Assembly: GCA_934526185.1 (NCBI GenBank)
Contig: CAKTAA010000001.1
Coordinates: forward strand, 24,204 to 88,203
DNA length: 64,000 nt
DNA from: an uncultured Eubacteriales bacterium
GTDB taxonomy: Bacteria > Bacillota > Clostridia > Oscillospirales > CAG-272
Direction: 5' to 3'
Shown: piece by piece, positions 19,505-29,640 of the stretch
Position numbering within the stretch: the first letter of the stretch is position 1
Layout: the number at the start of each line of letters is the position of its first letter
Notes under the pieces: model-generated
Database searches by the model: none
Told to the model about the DNA's origin: nothing
What the model saw: the letters and a program-made list of their open reading frames with translations, nothing else
Program-made: the position numbers and the translations under genes

Positions 19505-20719
19505 ATGAGACAAAACAAAAATTTACCGGATGGAACGAGAGATATTCTGTATGACGAGGCGCGCCTGTACAGCGACATTACGGAAATGCTCTCGGAGGAA
19601 TACCGCGGAAGAGGATTCCGGCAGGTGATGACGCCGGCGATTGAGTATTATGATGTGTTTGCAGAGAGCGGCCGCTTTTTAGAGCCGGAGCATATGTATA
19701 AGCTGACGGACAACAACGGGAGACTGCTTGTACTGCGGGCTGACAATACCATGCCTATCGCGCGCGTGGCTTCAACAAAGCTGAAAAACGAGGGGTTCCC
19801 GCAGAAGCTGTATTATCACCAGAGCGTTTACCGAATGAATGGCGACTATTCGGGAAAACGCAGCGAAATACTGCAGAGCGGCGTGGAAATGATAGGAGAC
19901 AGCGGCATCAAAAGCGACATGATCTGCCTGACCACGGCAATCCATGCACTGCTGGCGCTGAAGCTCCCGTTCCAGATAGAAATCGGGCATGTCGGATATT
20001 ATAATGCCCTGATTGCTGCGATGGATCTGGAGGAAAGTACAGCGGAAAAGGTCAGACAGTTTGTGGATTCCAAGAATACAGTTTCTCTGAACTTTCTGTC
20101 ACAGCGGAGCGACCGGCTGGCAAAGGTTTGTGAAACCATTCAGAAAATCCCGCTGCTTTACGGGGGCTTGGAGGTGTTTCCAAAAGCAGTGGCGCTGGCG
20201 GAAGGAAATGCAGAGGCGCTTGAGGCGGCGGCTTACGTCAGGCGGCTGTATCAGACGCTGGTGGACGCTGGTTACGGCAAATATATCTGCGTTGATTTCG
20301 GTCTGGTTCATCAGATCGACTATTATACCGGTGTGGTGATACGGGGCTATGCGGCCGGCGCCGGCGAAGCGGTGCTTTCCGGCGGAAGGTACGATCGGCT
20401 GCTCTCAGGCTTTGACCGTCAGGCGGCGGCGACCGGCTTTGCCATCAACGTATGCATGGTGGCTGAGGCGCTGAAGAAAGCCGGCCGTATCCCGCGTGAA
20501 AAGAAGCCGGACTGCGTGGTGCATTTTGCGCCGGAGTATTTCCGTGAAGCAGAGGAATACCGCCGTTTGCAGGCGTCGGCGGGAAAGCTTGCTGAGCTGA
20601 CGGCGTTTGATACCCCTGAGGAGTCGCTTGCGTATGCGGCGGCAAGGGGCATACCGGTTCTCGTCACCGTTGAAGGCGGAGATATCAGAGAAGAAGCGGT
20701 AAAACTGCCGGAGGACTGA
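19505..20719 (+). CDS. hisZ: ATP phosphoribosyltransferase regulatory subunit
   Basis: HisRS-like catalytic fold (LPDGTRDIL, LRADNTMPIAR, GGRYD) without an anticodon-binding function. It directly precedes a short-form hisG. Start re-picked to ATG 19505. Confidence 0.9.
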   Translation: MRQNKNLPDGTRDILYDEARLYSDITEMLSEEYRGRGFRQVMTPAIEYYDVFAESGRFLEPEHMYKLTDNNGRLLVLRADNTMPIARVASTKLKNEGFPQKLYYHQSVYRMNGDYSGKRSEILQSGVEMIGDSGIKSDMICLTTAIHALLALKLPFQIEIGHVGYYNALIAAMDLEESTAEKVRQFVDSKNTVSLNFLSQRSDRLAKVCETIQKIPLLYGGLEVFPKAVALAEGNAEALEAAAYVRRLYQTLVDAGYGKYICVDFGLVHQIDYYTGVVIRGYAAGAGEAVLSGGRYDRLLSGFDRQAAATGFAINVCMVAEALKKAGRIPREKKPDCVVHFAPEYFREAEEYRRLQASAGKLAELTAFDTPEESLAYAAARGIPVLVTVEGGDIREEAVKLPED

Positions 20720-20894
20720 ACGGAACAAGACCGACGGTTCGGTAATTGTTCAAACGAAAAAGCGTTTTCTGCATTCGGCTGAAGAGAATTGGGCAGCCAT
20801 ATGGGAATGAAACAGCGAACGGCGTGACTGGCTGTCGGTCCGGGTGTCGCACAATCGAAAAAGCAGACGCGGAACGAACGGGGCGGAGGATAAT

Positions 20895-21524
20895 ATGATC
20901 AGAATCGCATTGACAAAAGGACGGATTGAAAAACAGGCGGCAGAGCTTCTGGCACGCTGCGGATACGATATGAGTGAGCTTGAGGAAAAGGGCAGAAAAC
21001 TGATTTTTCATGTTCGGGAAGAGGATATAGAGCTTGTGCTGGCAAAGGCAGCGGATGTGATAACCTATGTAGAACATGGCGTGTGCGATGTCGGGATAGT
21101 CGGAGCGGACACAATTATGGAGCATGCAAAAACGGTTTGCGAGCTGCTGGATTTGAACTTCGGCCGCTGTAAATTTGCGCTGGCGGGCATCCGTGGTAAA
21201 AATTTTTATGACGGGTACAGCCATAAGGTGATAGCGTCGAAATATCCGCATGTCACCAAGACGTATTTTACGGAGAAGGGCATGGATGTTGAGGTGGTTA
21301 AAATTGAAGGCTCTGTTGAGCTGGCTCCGCTGCTCTCTCTTTCCGATGCAATCGTCGATATCGTAGAGACGGGAGCTACACTGCGCGAAAACGGGCTTGA
21401 GGTTTATGAGGAAATTGCCTACATTTCTACCCGCCTGATTGTAAATCCCGCCAGTTTGAAGCTGAAAAAGCAGGAAATTGATACGCTGATAAGCAGAATT
21501 GCAGCAGTATTGCCGCGCAAATGA
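20895..21524 (+). CDS. hisG: ATP phosphoribosyltransferase, short form
   Basis: N-terminus MIRIALTKGR plus DIVETGATLRENGL. At 209 aa it is the HisZ-dependent type. Start re-picked to ATG 20895 behind GGAGGA. Confidence 0.93.
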   Translation: MIRIALTKGRIEKQAAELLARCGYDMSELEEKGRKLIFHVREEDIELVLAKAADVITYVEHGVCDVGIVGADTIMEHAKTVCELLDLNFGRCKFALAGIRGKNFYDGYSHKVIASKYPHVTKTYFTEKGMDVEVVKIEGSVELAPLLSLSDAIVDIVETGATLRENGLEVYEEIAYISTRLIVNPASLKLKKQEIDTLISRIAAVLPRK

Positions 21525-21709
21525 GCGTACGCGATGTAAGATAAAAAGACAGCGGGAACCGGAAAGCTGTAAATTTATCAGGCCGCCTTTGCTGCGGCAG
21601 CTTGATACGAACAAGGACGAGTCCGGACGTTAGAAATACCGTCAGAGAGAAAAACGGCGGCGGTGAGGTACTCTGGGTAAAAAACGCTGATTTTGGGGAG
21701 GAATATCGG

Positions 21710-22987
21710 ATGATGAAGCTGTATACGGACAGGGAAGAGCTGCTTTCCATGCTGCGCAGACGTGCGGCGTCCATTTCCGCCGGAGCCGGTGCGGAGGTTG
21801 AGGAAATTCTCCGTAAGGTACGTGCGGAGGGAGATGCGGCTGTTCGCTTTTATAATAAAAAATTCGATGGGGTGGAAATCGAACAGTATACAATGGAGCC
21901 GTCGCTTGTCGCGTCGCTTGCATCGCAGGCTCCGCGGGATCTGTATCAAACCATGGAGCGCGCGGCGGCAAATATATATGCTTATCACGAAAAGCAAAAG
22001 CAGAGAGGGTATCTTGAGGCGGACGAGAGACGGATTATGGGACAGCTTGTCCGGCCTCTGAACCGTGTGGCGGTATACGTTCCGGGTGGGACGGCGGCAT
22101 ATCCTTCTTCTGTGCTGATGAATGTGATTCCGGCAAAGGTTGCCGGTGTGAAAGAGATCGTTATGGTGACGCCGCCCAAAAAGGAAGGGCTTCTTCCGGC
22201 GGTCGCGGCGGCAGCGCAGATAGCCGGCGTTACGGAGATTCTGACGGTAGGCGGCGCGCAGGCAATAGCCGCGTGCGCCTATGGAACGGAAAGCATCAGA
22301 CGCGTCGACAAAATCGTGGGGCCGGGCAATATTTATGTGGCCATGGCAAAACGCGCTGTATATGGAACGGTGGATATCGACATGGTGGCCGGGCCAAGTG
22401 AGGTCCTGATTGTTGCCGACGAAACGGCGAACCCGACCTATTTGGCAGCGGATCTCCTGAGTCAGGCGGAGCATGACGCACTGGCGTCTGCGGTTCTGCT
22501 GACGACATCGCCGGAAATTGCCCAAGCTGTCCGCAAAGAGGTGAAGCGTCAGATGTCAGCGCTTTCCCGGCAGGAAATTATGGAGGCTTCGGTAGATTCA
22601 TTCGGCGCGATCCTGTGTGTGAAATCGCTTGAGGAAGCCGTTGATATATCAAATGAAATAGCGCCTGAACATCTGGAGCTTGCTGTAAAGGAACCTTTTG
22701 CCCTTCTCGGCAGAATACAGAACGCGGGGTCCATATTTCTTGGAGAATATACGCCGGAGCCTCTCGGAGATTATTTTGCCGGCCCCAACCATGTGCTGCC
22801 GACAAACGGCACCGCGCGCTTCGCATCCCCGCTGTCCGTGGACAGCTTTGTCAAAAAATCGAGCTATCTCTGCTATCGGAGGGAGGCGCTCAGAGACGCT
22901 GCCGAGGATGTTATTCGCTTTGCCCGCGCTGAGGGGCTGACAGCGCACGCAAACGCCGTAGCGGTGCGATTTCCCGGCGAGGTGTAA
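21710..22987 (+). CDS. hisD: Histidinol dehydrogenase
   Basis: Motifs VYVPGGTAAYPSSVLM, GPGNIYVA, SQAEHD and APEHLEL. Start re-picked to ATG 21710. Confidence 0.95.
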   Translation: MMKLYTDREELLSMLRRRAASISAGAGAEVEEILRKVRAEGDAAVRFYNKKFDGVEIEQYTMEPSLVASLASQAPRDLYQTMERAAANIYAYHEKQKQRGYLEADERRIMGQLVRPLNRVAVYVPGGTAAYPSSVLMNVIPAKVAGVKEIVMVTPPKKEGLLPAVAAAAQIAGVTEILTVGGAQAIAACAYGTESIRRVDKIVGPGNIYVAMAKRAVYGTVDIDMVAGPSEVLIVADETANPTYLAADLLSQAEHDALASAVLLTTSPEIAQAVRKEVKRQMSALSRQEIMEASVDSFGAILCVKSLEEAVDISNEIAPEHLELAVKEPFALLGRIQNAGSIFLGEYTPEPLGDYFAGPNHVLPTNGTARFASPLSVDSFVKKSSYLCYRREALRDAAEDVIRFARAEGLTAHANAVAVRFPGEV

Positions 22988-23107
22988 AGAGGCGGAGTAA
23001 AGCTTCATATGCTTGCTGAAAGCTGTCAGTCAACATAGCCCCGCCATATACGAGCGTGTAAATTCTGGGAAAGGGAGCCTTTGCGGTCAAAGGCGCGGTT
23101 ATAAAGT

Positions 23108-24190
23108 ATGGAAAACAAATGGATTCCGGAGAGAATACGCCGGCTGGAAGCGTATCAGCCGGCAGAGGGGGCGTGCCGCGTCCGTCTGGATGCGAACGAA
23201 AGCCCCTTTGCACCGACGGAGGAGATGCGTGACGCCTTTGCCGAAGCGCTGAGGGATGTGCAGTTTCAAAGATATCCGGATCCGTCGGCGGCTGCGCTGA
23301 GGGAAGCTTTTGCCGGCAGATACGGTTTGTCTTCCGACAATGTTGTGGCGGGAAACGGATCGGACGAGCTGATATTTCTGATATGCACCGCTTTTCTGCT
23401 TCCGGGCGACCGTATGGCCGTAACCGCACCGGATTTCAGTATGTATGCCTTTTACGGCAGTCTGGCAGGGGCGGAAATCGTCACCTTTGAAAAGAATGAT
23501 AATCTTTGCATGGATGCTGACAGGCTGACGGCTTTCCTCACAGAAGAGAAAATCAAGCTGGTGATCTTCTCCAACCCCTGCAATCCCACCGGACAGCTAA
23601 TGCACCGGGAGGAAGTGCTTTCCGTTGTCCGGCGGACGGACGCATTGGTTGTAGCGGATGAGGCGTATATGGAATTCTGCGGCGAAGGAGAGAGCGTTCT
23701 TCCCTTTTGCGGGGAATATCCTAATCTCATTGTTTTGAAAACGCTGTCTAAGGCCTTCGGATTTGCCGCGGCGCGTTTGGGATTCGCCGTTGGGAATACG
23801 GAGCTGGCGGAGGCCGTCAGAAAGGTGAAAAGTCCGTACAATCTGAACGCTGTTTCGCAGAAGCTGGGCGAAATTATGCTCTCCTTTGCCGGTATTGCGG
23901 AGAGCAATATACAAAAGATACGTCAAAGCAAGGCGGCGCTGGAATGCGCGCTGAAAAAAGAGGAGTGCAGGGCGCATTACCGCGTGTATCCGAGTGAGAC
24001 AAATTTTGTACTGCTCCGGTTTGCGGATGCGGACGGTTCGGCAGGCGCCGCGCGGGCGGCGGCCATGTTCGGGGCTCTGAAAAGGGACGGCGTTCTCGTA
24101 CGGCATATCCTCGGAGACTGCCTGAGAATAACAGCCGGGACGGCACAGGAGAACGAGGCGCTGCTTTGCAGCTTTTTTGCCCATCTGTAA
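23108..24190 (+). CDS. hisC: Histidinol-phosphate aminotransferase
   Basis: Class II aminotransferase with the PLP lysine context TLSKAFGFAAARLGF and with NPCNPTG. Confidence 0.92.
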   Translation: MENKWIPERIRRLEAYQPAEGACRVRLDANESPFAPTEEMRDAFAEALRDVQFQRYPDPSAAALREAFAGRYGLSSDNVVAGNGSDELIFLICTAFLLPGDRMAVTAPDFSMYAFYGSLAGAEIVTFEKNDNLCMDADRLTAFLTEEKIKLVIFSNPCNPTGQLMHREEVLSVVRRTDALVVADEAYMEFCGEGESVLPFCGEYPNLIVLKTLSKAFGFAAARLGFAVGNTELAEAVRKVKSPYNLNAVSQKLGEIMLSFAGIAESNIQKIRQSKAALECALKKEECRAHYRVYPSETNFVLLRFADADGSAGAARAAAMFGALKRDGVLVRHILGDCLRITAGTAQENEALLCSFFAHL

Positions 24191-24259
24191 CGGCCGCGGA
24201 AGGTGACAGTGTACCACAGGAAAAATAAATGATGACAGAAAAAGGCGGAGGAGATACAC

Positions 24260-24862
24260 ATGGTTAAAAGATGTGCGGCATTGGAACGAAACACAAAGGA
24301 AACGCAAATCCGCATGGCGCTTGAAATTCCGGAAAGCGGCGCCGGAGGTCTGCAGGGAACGAGCGGAATCGGCTTTTTTGATCACATGCTGAATTCCTTC
24401 GGCGTACATGGCCGATTTAGAATCAGTTTGGAAATGAGCGGTGATCTGCTGGTGGACGGACATCATTCCATAGAAGATACGGGTATTGTGCTCGGTCGGC
24501 TGTTCGGTGAGATTCTCACGGATAAAACGGGACTTGCCAGATTCGGTGAAAGCTATGTTCCAATGGACGAGGCGCTTGCGTTTGCGGCAGTGGATATTTC
24601 GGGCCGCCCGTATCTGGTGTACGATGCACCGCAGGCGGAATTTCAGTCCGTGCCTATGCTCGGCGCCTATGATGTGCAGATGACAAAGGAATTTTTTCGG
24701 GCTTTGGCAAACGGTGCCGGTATGACACTGCATCTCCGCGTCCTGTACGGCGAGAATGTGCATCACATGACGGAGGCAGTGTTTAAGGCGGCGGCAAGGG
24801 CAATCGCGCAGGCAGGAGCGCTGACCGGCAGCGATCTGCGCAGTACAAAGGGTGTTCTGTAA
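24260..24862 (+). CDS. hisB: Imidazoleglycerol-phosphate dehydratase
   Basis: Motifs RNTKETQI, GIGFFDHML, DGHHSIEDTGI and HHMTEAVFKA. Confidence 0.95.
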   Translation: MVKRCAALERNTKETQIRMALEIPESGAGGLQGTSGIGFFDHMLNSFGVHGRFRISLEMSGDLLVDGHHSIEDTGIVLGRLFGEILTDKTGLARFGESYVPMDEALAFAAVDISGRPYLVYDAPQAEFQSVPMLGAYDVQMTKEFFRALANGAGMTLHLRVLYGENVHHMTEAVFKAAARAIAQAGALTGSDLRSTKGVL

Positions 24863-25241
24863 AAATCTGTAATTTTATCGGGCGGCGTGCTGGGTATCAC
24901 AGCCGTGACAAACGGCTGACGTAAGCGCCGGTAAATCGGAAAAATGATGGCTGTGACAGTATGGCGAAGGCGAAAAGCTCAAGTCGGCTCTGACAGAGGG
25001 CTGTCATCAAAGTCTCGGATGCTTATCTTTTGCGCCGGCATGAAAATAATTCGGATACAGGTAAATTATTATAGTGAATAAACAGGAAAACAAGTACATC
25101 TCTAAGCACAAAAGCCCCTACCGACGGCTTTTGTGCCGAGCGTTTGTGCGAACACGCACCGATTTCTGAGATGTTTTTATGTTTATTAAATGTCTTCAAT
25201 AACGGCAGCGGAGTTGCCGCATTGCAGAAAGGGTTTCGTTT

Positions 25242-25871
25242 ATGGGCAAAACCGTAGGGATTGTTGATTATTCTATGGGAAATCTGCACAGTGTGAAGAA
25301 CGCGCTTGACTATCTCGGCGTAGAAAGCTTCATTTCAGGCAGAGAGGAGGAGCTGGAGAGCGCAGACGCGCTGATTCTGCCTGGCGTCGGCGCTTTTCCC
25401 GATGCCATGCGCGTACTCCGACGCGGGGAGCTGCCCCGGTTTCTGCGCCGGGAGACAGAGAAAAAGCCGCTGCTCGGAATCTGTCTCGGTATGCAGATTC
25501 TGTTTGAAAGGGGCTATGAATTTGAGGAATGCAGGGGCCTTGGATTGATAGAGGGAGAGGTTGTGCGCATGCAGCCGGAGCCGGAGAGAGGCGTCCCGCT
25601 GAAAATACCGCATATGGGCTGGAACGACCTGCATCTAAGGGGAGACTGCCCGCTTTTTCGGGGAGTACCGGAGGGAAGCTATGTATACTTTGTACATTCC
25701 TATCACGCGGTATGCACCAGACCTGAAAATTTGGCGGCCGTGACCTGTTACGGCGGAGATGTGACGGCGGCCGTACAGTGCGGCAATGTATACGGAACAC
25801 AGTTTCACCCGGAAAAGAGCGAGGCTGCGGGACTGCAGATTCTCAGAAATTTCTGTGATCTGGCGGGTTGA
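25242..25871 (+). CDS. hisH: Imidazole glycerol phosphate synthase, glutamine amidotransferase subunit
   Basis: Class I GATase with GICLGMQ and FHPEKS. Confidence 0.95.
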   Translation: MGKTVGIVDYSMGNLHSVKNALDYLGVESFISGREEELESADALILPGVGAFPDAMRVLRRGELPRFLRRETEKKPLLGICLGMQILFERGYEFEECRGLGLIEGEVVRMQPEPERGVPLKIPHMGWNDLHLRGDCPLFRGVPEGSYVYFVHSYHAVCTRPENLAAVTCYGGDVTAAVQCGNVYGTQFHPEKSEAAGLQILRNFCDLAG

Positions 25872-25933
25872 AATCTGCTGAGTATGGCAGCCGGAAGCTG
25901 TGAAAATATTTTTCTGAAAGGACGAAAACGTCT

Positions 25934-26656
25934 ATGATCATTTTACCGGCAATCGATATATTGGACGGACGCTGCGTGAGGCTTGTCAAGGGTGAATACG
26001 GTACGGCGCATCAGGTCGCTGCGGATCCGGAGGAGACAGCACTGCGCTTTGAACAGGAGGGGGCCTCATACCTGCACATGGTGGATCTGAACGGAGCGGC
26101 GGACGGGGCTGCGCGGAATGCAGAAATCTTCTGCCGCGTAGCACAGGCGCTGACGATCCCGGTGGAGCTTGGCGGAGGAATCCGCGATATGCAGACGGTT
26201 TCCTATTATCTGGAACACGGTATCCGCAGGGTAATTTTAGGTTCGGCGGCACTGGCGAGACCGGATTTTGTACGGGAAGCCGTGAAAGCGTTTGGAGCCG
26301 GGATAGCTGTAGGAATCGACGCACGTGACGGCAAGGTCAGCGTAGCCGGATGGACGGAAACCTCGGATACCGATTATTTGACCTTTGCCGGACAAATGGA
26401 AGCGTGCGGCGTACAGAATTTGATTTTTACGGATATATCGCGCGACGGCACCCTCGCCGGACCGAATCTTGTTCAGCTTGAAGCGCTCAAGCATGCCGTG
26501 TCCATTGATATCACGGCGAGCGGCGGCATAAAGAACACAGAGGATATCCGGGCACTGGCCGAGCTGGATCTGTACGGTGCCATCTGCGGAAAATCTCTGT
26601 ACAGCGGCACGCTTACTGTAAAGGATGCGCTTGCCGCAGCGCGGCAGGAAGCCTGA
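25934..26656 (+). CDS. hisA: ProFAR isomerase
   Basis: N-terminus MIILPAIDILDGRCVRL plus GGGIR and ASGG. Confidence 0.95.
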   Translation: MIILPAIDILDGRCVRLVKGEYGTAHQVAADPEETALRFEQEGASYLHMVDLNGAADGAARNAEIFCRVAQALTIPVELGGGIRDMQTVSYYLEHGIRRVILGSAALARPDFVREAVKAFGAGIAVGIDARDGKVSVAGWTETSDTDYLTFAGQMEACGVQNLIFTDISRDGTLAGPNLVQLEALKHAVSIDITASGGIKNTEDIRALAELDLYGAICGKSLYSGTLTVKDALAAARQEA

Positions 26657-26681
26657 AAAATTGTGTTGTCGGACGGTGTGT

Positions 26682-26876
26682 GACTGAACGCATCAAGCGT
26701 TCAGTCTAAGAGATTTCACGCCGCAAGGTCGTTAAACTCCAATCAGTACAGAGCTTAAAATGAGCGCAAGTGACCGAACGGCCATGCCGTTCAGTCTACG
26801 AGAGTTCGCCTACGGCGAAACGCCTTCCCGATTTAAGCTTTATACAAAATTCAACCGAAGCGCAGCCTGCGCTTCG
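26682..26876. repeat. Hairpin-repeat module inside the hisA-hisF spacer
   Basis: Two about 40-nt direct copies, GAC(T/C)GAACG..loop..CGTTCAGTCTA(A/C)GAGA(T/G)TTC(A/G)C, at 26682-26722 and 26772-26810. A third near-perfect palindrome, CGAAGCGCAG-C-CTGCGCTTCG, lies at 26856-26876. Confidence 0.8.
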
Positions 26877-26906
26877 CTATCAGTTTTGCTGGAAAGGAAG
26901 TCATAT

Positions 26907-27665
26907 ATGCTATCCAAACGAATCGTTCCCTGTTTGGACGTCAAGGACGGCAGGGTAGTCAAGGGCGTAAATTTTGTCAACTTAACGGATGCGGGCGATC
27001 CGGTTGAAACGGCCAAATTCTATAACACGCAGGGAGCGGATGAAATTGTTTTTCTCGATATCACCGCGACGCATGAAAAGAGAAAAACAATTACAGATGT
27101 GGTGGAACGGACGGCCAGAGAAGTTTTCATGCCGCTGACGGTAGGCGGCGGTATCCGAACGGTTGAGGATTTCCGCGAAATGCTTCTTGCGGGTGCGGAT
27201 AAGGTTGCCGTCAATTCCGCGGCTGTCCGCGACAAAAGCATAATAGGCCGTGCGGCTGACAAATTCGGGAGTCAGTGCGTGGTCGTAGCCGTTGACGCCA
27301 AGCGTGCGCCGGACGGCGGCTTTCATGTTTATATAAACGGCGGACGGTTGGATACCGGCATCGACGCGATAGCGTGGGCTGAGGAGGCGGAGAGGCTGGG
27401 GGCGGGAGAAATTCTTCTGACCTCCATGGATGCGGACGGAACGAAAAACGGATATGACCTGGAGCTGACGCGCAGTGTCGCCTCCCGGCTTCGCATACCG
27501 GTGATTGCCTCGGGCGGCGGCGGCTGCATGGAGCATTTTTACGATGTATTTGCCGACGCCGGAGCGGACGCCGCTCTTGCCGCATCTCTCTTCCACTACA
27601 GGGAGCTGAGCATAGGAGAGCTTAAGGACTATCTTCACAGGCGCGGCATAGCCGTCCGACGGTAA
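26907..27665 (+). CDS. hisF: Imidazole glycerol phosphate synthase, cyclase subunit
   Basis: N-terminus [20 protein letters not shown] plus GGGIR and ASGG. Start re-picked to ATG 26907; the track ORF starts inside the spacer repeats. Confidence 0.95.
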   Translation: MLSKRIVPCLDVKDGRVVKGVNFVNLTDAGDPVETAKFYNTQGADEIVFLDITATHEKRKTITDVVERTAREVFMPLTVGGGIRTVEDFREMLLAGADKVAVNSAAVRDKSIIGRAADKFGSQCVVVAVDAKRAPDGGFHVYINGGRLDTGIDAIAWAEEAERLGAGEILLTSMDADGTKNGYDLELTRSVASRLRIPVIASGGGGCMEHFYDVFADAGADAALAASLFHYRELSIGELKDYLHRRGIAVRR

Positions 27666-27827
27666 GCAGCTCTCGATAAAGCACATAAATAAGGTTCCTG
27701 TCCGGCTACGTTCAAAAGTTCTGAACAGGACGGCTCAGCCATATTCTGCACAGCGCTCTGCGCGGTAGTCGGCAAACAGCAAATAGCAGACGGCGACACG
27801 GGAAAAAGTGAAAAAGGAGAAAAAGAG

Positions 27828-28157
27828 ATGAAGACAGAGGAAGCGTGGGCAGACAAATTGTTTCAAAAGAATGATTTGGTGCCGGCAATTATCCAAGAAG
27901 CTGAAACCGGAAAGGTGTTGATGCTGGCGTACATGAACAGAGAATCCTTTCTTAGAACACTTGGGACGGGAACAACCTGGTTTTACAGCAGGTCGCGTCA
28001 ATCCCTGTGGAATAAGGGAGAGACGAGCGGCCATTTTCAGAAGGTTCATGAAATGTATGCTGACTGTGACGGGGATACGCTGCTTGTTCGGGTGACGCAG
28101 ACGGGCGTGGCCTGTCATACCGGAAACCCGACCTGCTTTTTTCAGAAAATTTTGTAA
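27828..28157 (+). CDS. hisI: Phosphoribosyl-AMP cyclohydrolase
   Basis: Motifs [22 protein letters not shown] and CDGDTLL, with SD AAGGAGA. Confidence 0.93.
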   Translation: MKTEEAWADKLFQKNDLVPAIIQEAETGKVLMLAYMNRESFLRTLGTGTTWFYSRSRQSLWNKGETSGHFQKVHEMYADCDGDTLLVRVTQTGVACHTGNPTCFFQKIL

Positions 28158-28283
28158 TTTTATTTTGAAGCTTCTCTATGTAAGGCGAATGCGGTTCAAA
28201 AAATATGCGGAATAAATGGGGCAAACAGGGTGTACGTTACCAAAACGGACGGAATGCCCTGAATGATAAGAAAGGTTACGGTA

Positions 28284-28631
28284 ATGATAATGAACGGACA
28301 GATTGACGGAACGGTATTGCAGCGGCTTAACGAGGTAATAGCCGGGCGGAAAGCAAATTTCGAGGAGGGCTCCTATACCTGTTACCTGTTTTCAGCGGGA
28401 CTTGACAAAATTCTGAAAAAAGTAGGCGAGGAAGCAGCGGAAACAATTATTGCGGCAAAAAACGGAGACAGGGAAAATCTTACGGGCGAGGTATGCGATC
28501 TGCTGTATCACCTGCTGGTCATGATGCAGGCGTGTGAACTGCCTCTCGACAACGTCTTCGGTGAATTATCCTGCAGAGCACAGAAAATCGGAAACCTGAA
28601 GGAGCGCAAACAGGTTGATCACAACTCCTGA
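28284..28631 (+). CDS. hisE: Phosphoribosyl-ATP pyrophosphatase
   Basis: MazG-like motifs SYTCYLF, KVGEEAAE and EVCDLLYHLLVM. It is a separate gene, not fused to hisI. The start is ATG 28284 or 28290. Confidence 0.9.
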   Translation: MIMNGQIDGTVLQRLNEVIAGRKANFEEGSYTCYLFSAGLDKILKKVGEEAAETIIAAKNGDRENLTGEVCDLLYHLLVMMQACELPLDNVFGELSCRAQKIGNLKERKQVDHNS

Positions 28632-28825
28632 CGGTGAGAAAGCAGGAGAATTTTCATGGCGTATCTGCAAACGATCCCGCGGAAACTCATGCCGTTATAA
28701 TGACAAATTCTCGCTGGGACCGGTATTCTCTCACCGGCGGAAGCAAGGGCAGCGTTCTGATTGGGCAATAAGAGCAGTAATAGATTAGAAAATGATTAAA
28801 ATTTTAGCTTTTTGTGCGGAAACAC

Positions 28826-28854
28826 TTGAAAAATTGGAAAAAGAATGCTATACT
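28826..28854 (+). promoter_or_regulatory. Sigma-70-like promoter of hup
   Basis: TTGAAA, a 17-nt spacer, then TATACT. Confidence 0.55.
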
Positions 28855-28965
28855 ACAGCAGAACAGATGTGGTTGCTTTTACCGGAATAAGGCGAATTAG
28901 CTGCTCGCTTTGTTTGACTGCGGCCATGCGTTACGAAAATTAAAAGATTAAAGAAGGGTGAAAAG

Positions 28966-29241
28966 ATGAATAAGACACAGTTGATCGATGCAGTTGTGGA
29001 AAAAACAGGACTCAAAAAGAAGGAAGCTGATGCAGCGGTTGCGGCGGTTTTCGGTGCGATTGAGGAGACTTTGGCTGCTGGCGAAAAGGTTCAGCTTGTT
29101 GGGTTCGGTACGTTTGAAGTTAAGGAAAGAGCTGAGAGAATGGGTCGCAATCCTTCAACAGGCAAGGAGATCAAGATCCCTGCGTCCAAGCACCCGACTT
29201 TCTCTGCAGGCAAGGCCCTGAAAGAAAGCGTAAACAAATAA
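28966..29241 (+). CDS. hup: DNA-binding protein HU
   Basis: N-terminus [21 protein letters not shown] plus [21 protein letters not shown]. Confidence 0.96.
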   Translation: MNKTQLIDAVVEKTGLKKKEADAAVAAVFGAIEETLAAGEKVQLVGFGTFEVKERAERMGRNPSTGKEIKIPASKHPTFSAGKALKESVNK

Positions 29242-29300
29242 GAATCCGTCCGGGGACGGTTTGTGCGCTCTCACACGGTGAGCGGCATATTCAGACAAAC

Positions 29301-29346
29301 GGAACCGCACCGCTGCAGTCAGAGGGTGCGGTTCCTGCGCTTTTTA
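29301..29346 (+). terminator. Intrinsic terminator after hup
   Basis: GGAACCGCACC / GGTGCGGTTCC 11-bp stem, then TGCGCTTTTT. Confidence 0.8.
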
Positions 29347-29640
29347 TACAAATGTTAAAAAATGAAACAGGCAACCGAATCGTATGAGAGTAGAAAAGTC
29401 AGAATTCTTGAAGTCGGCGGGCTGTTTCTACAGTGAATTCATGTTTTTCGAAGACTTTGGATTCCACTGAGCGGCTGAGTCTGTGAGATCACGACTGGAC
29501 ACCCGGCGATCCGCGGATGGGCAGCGGCATCCCTGTATAGCGGGAACTGCGGACGAAAGGGGCAGAACGCGCGGCATATTTTCGCTGCAGTCCGGAAACA
29601 TGCGGCATGCCAGTTCCCGAAAGGCGGAAAGGAGATGAAG

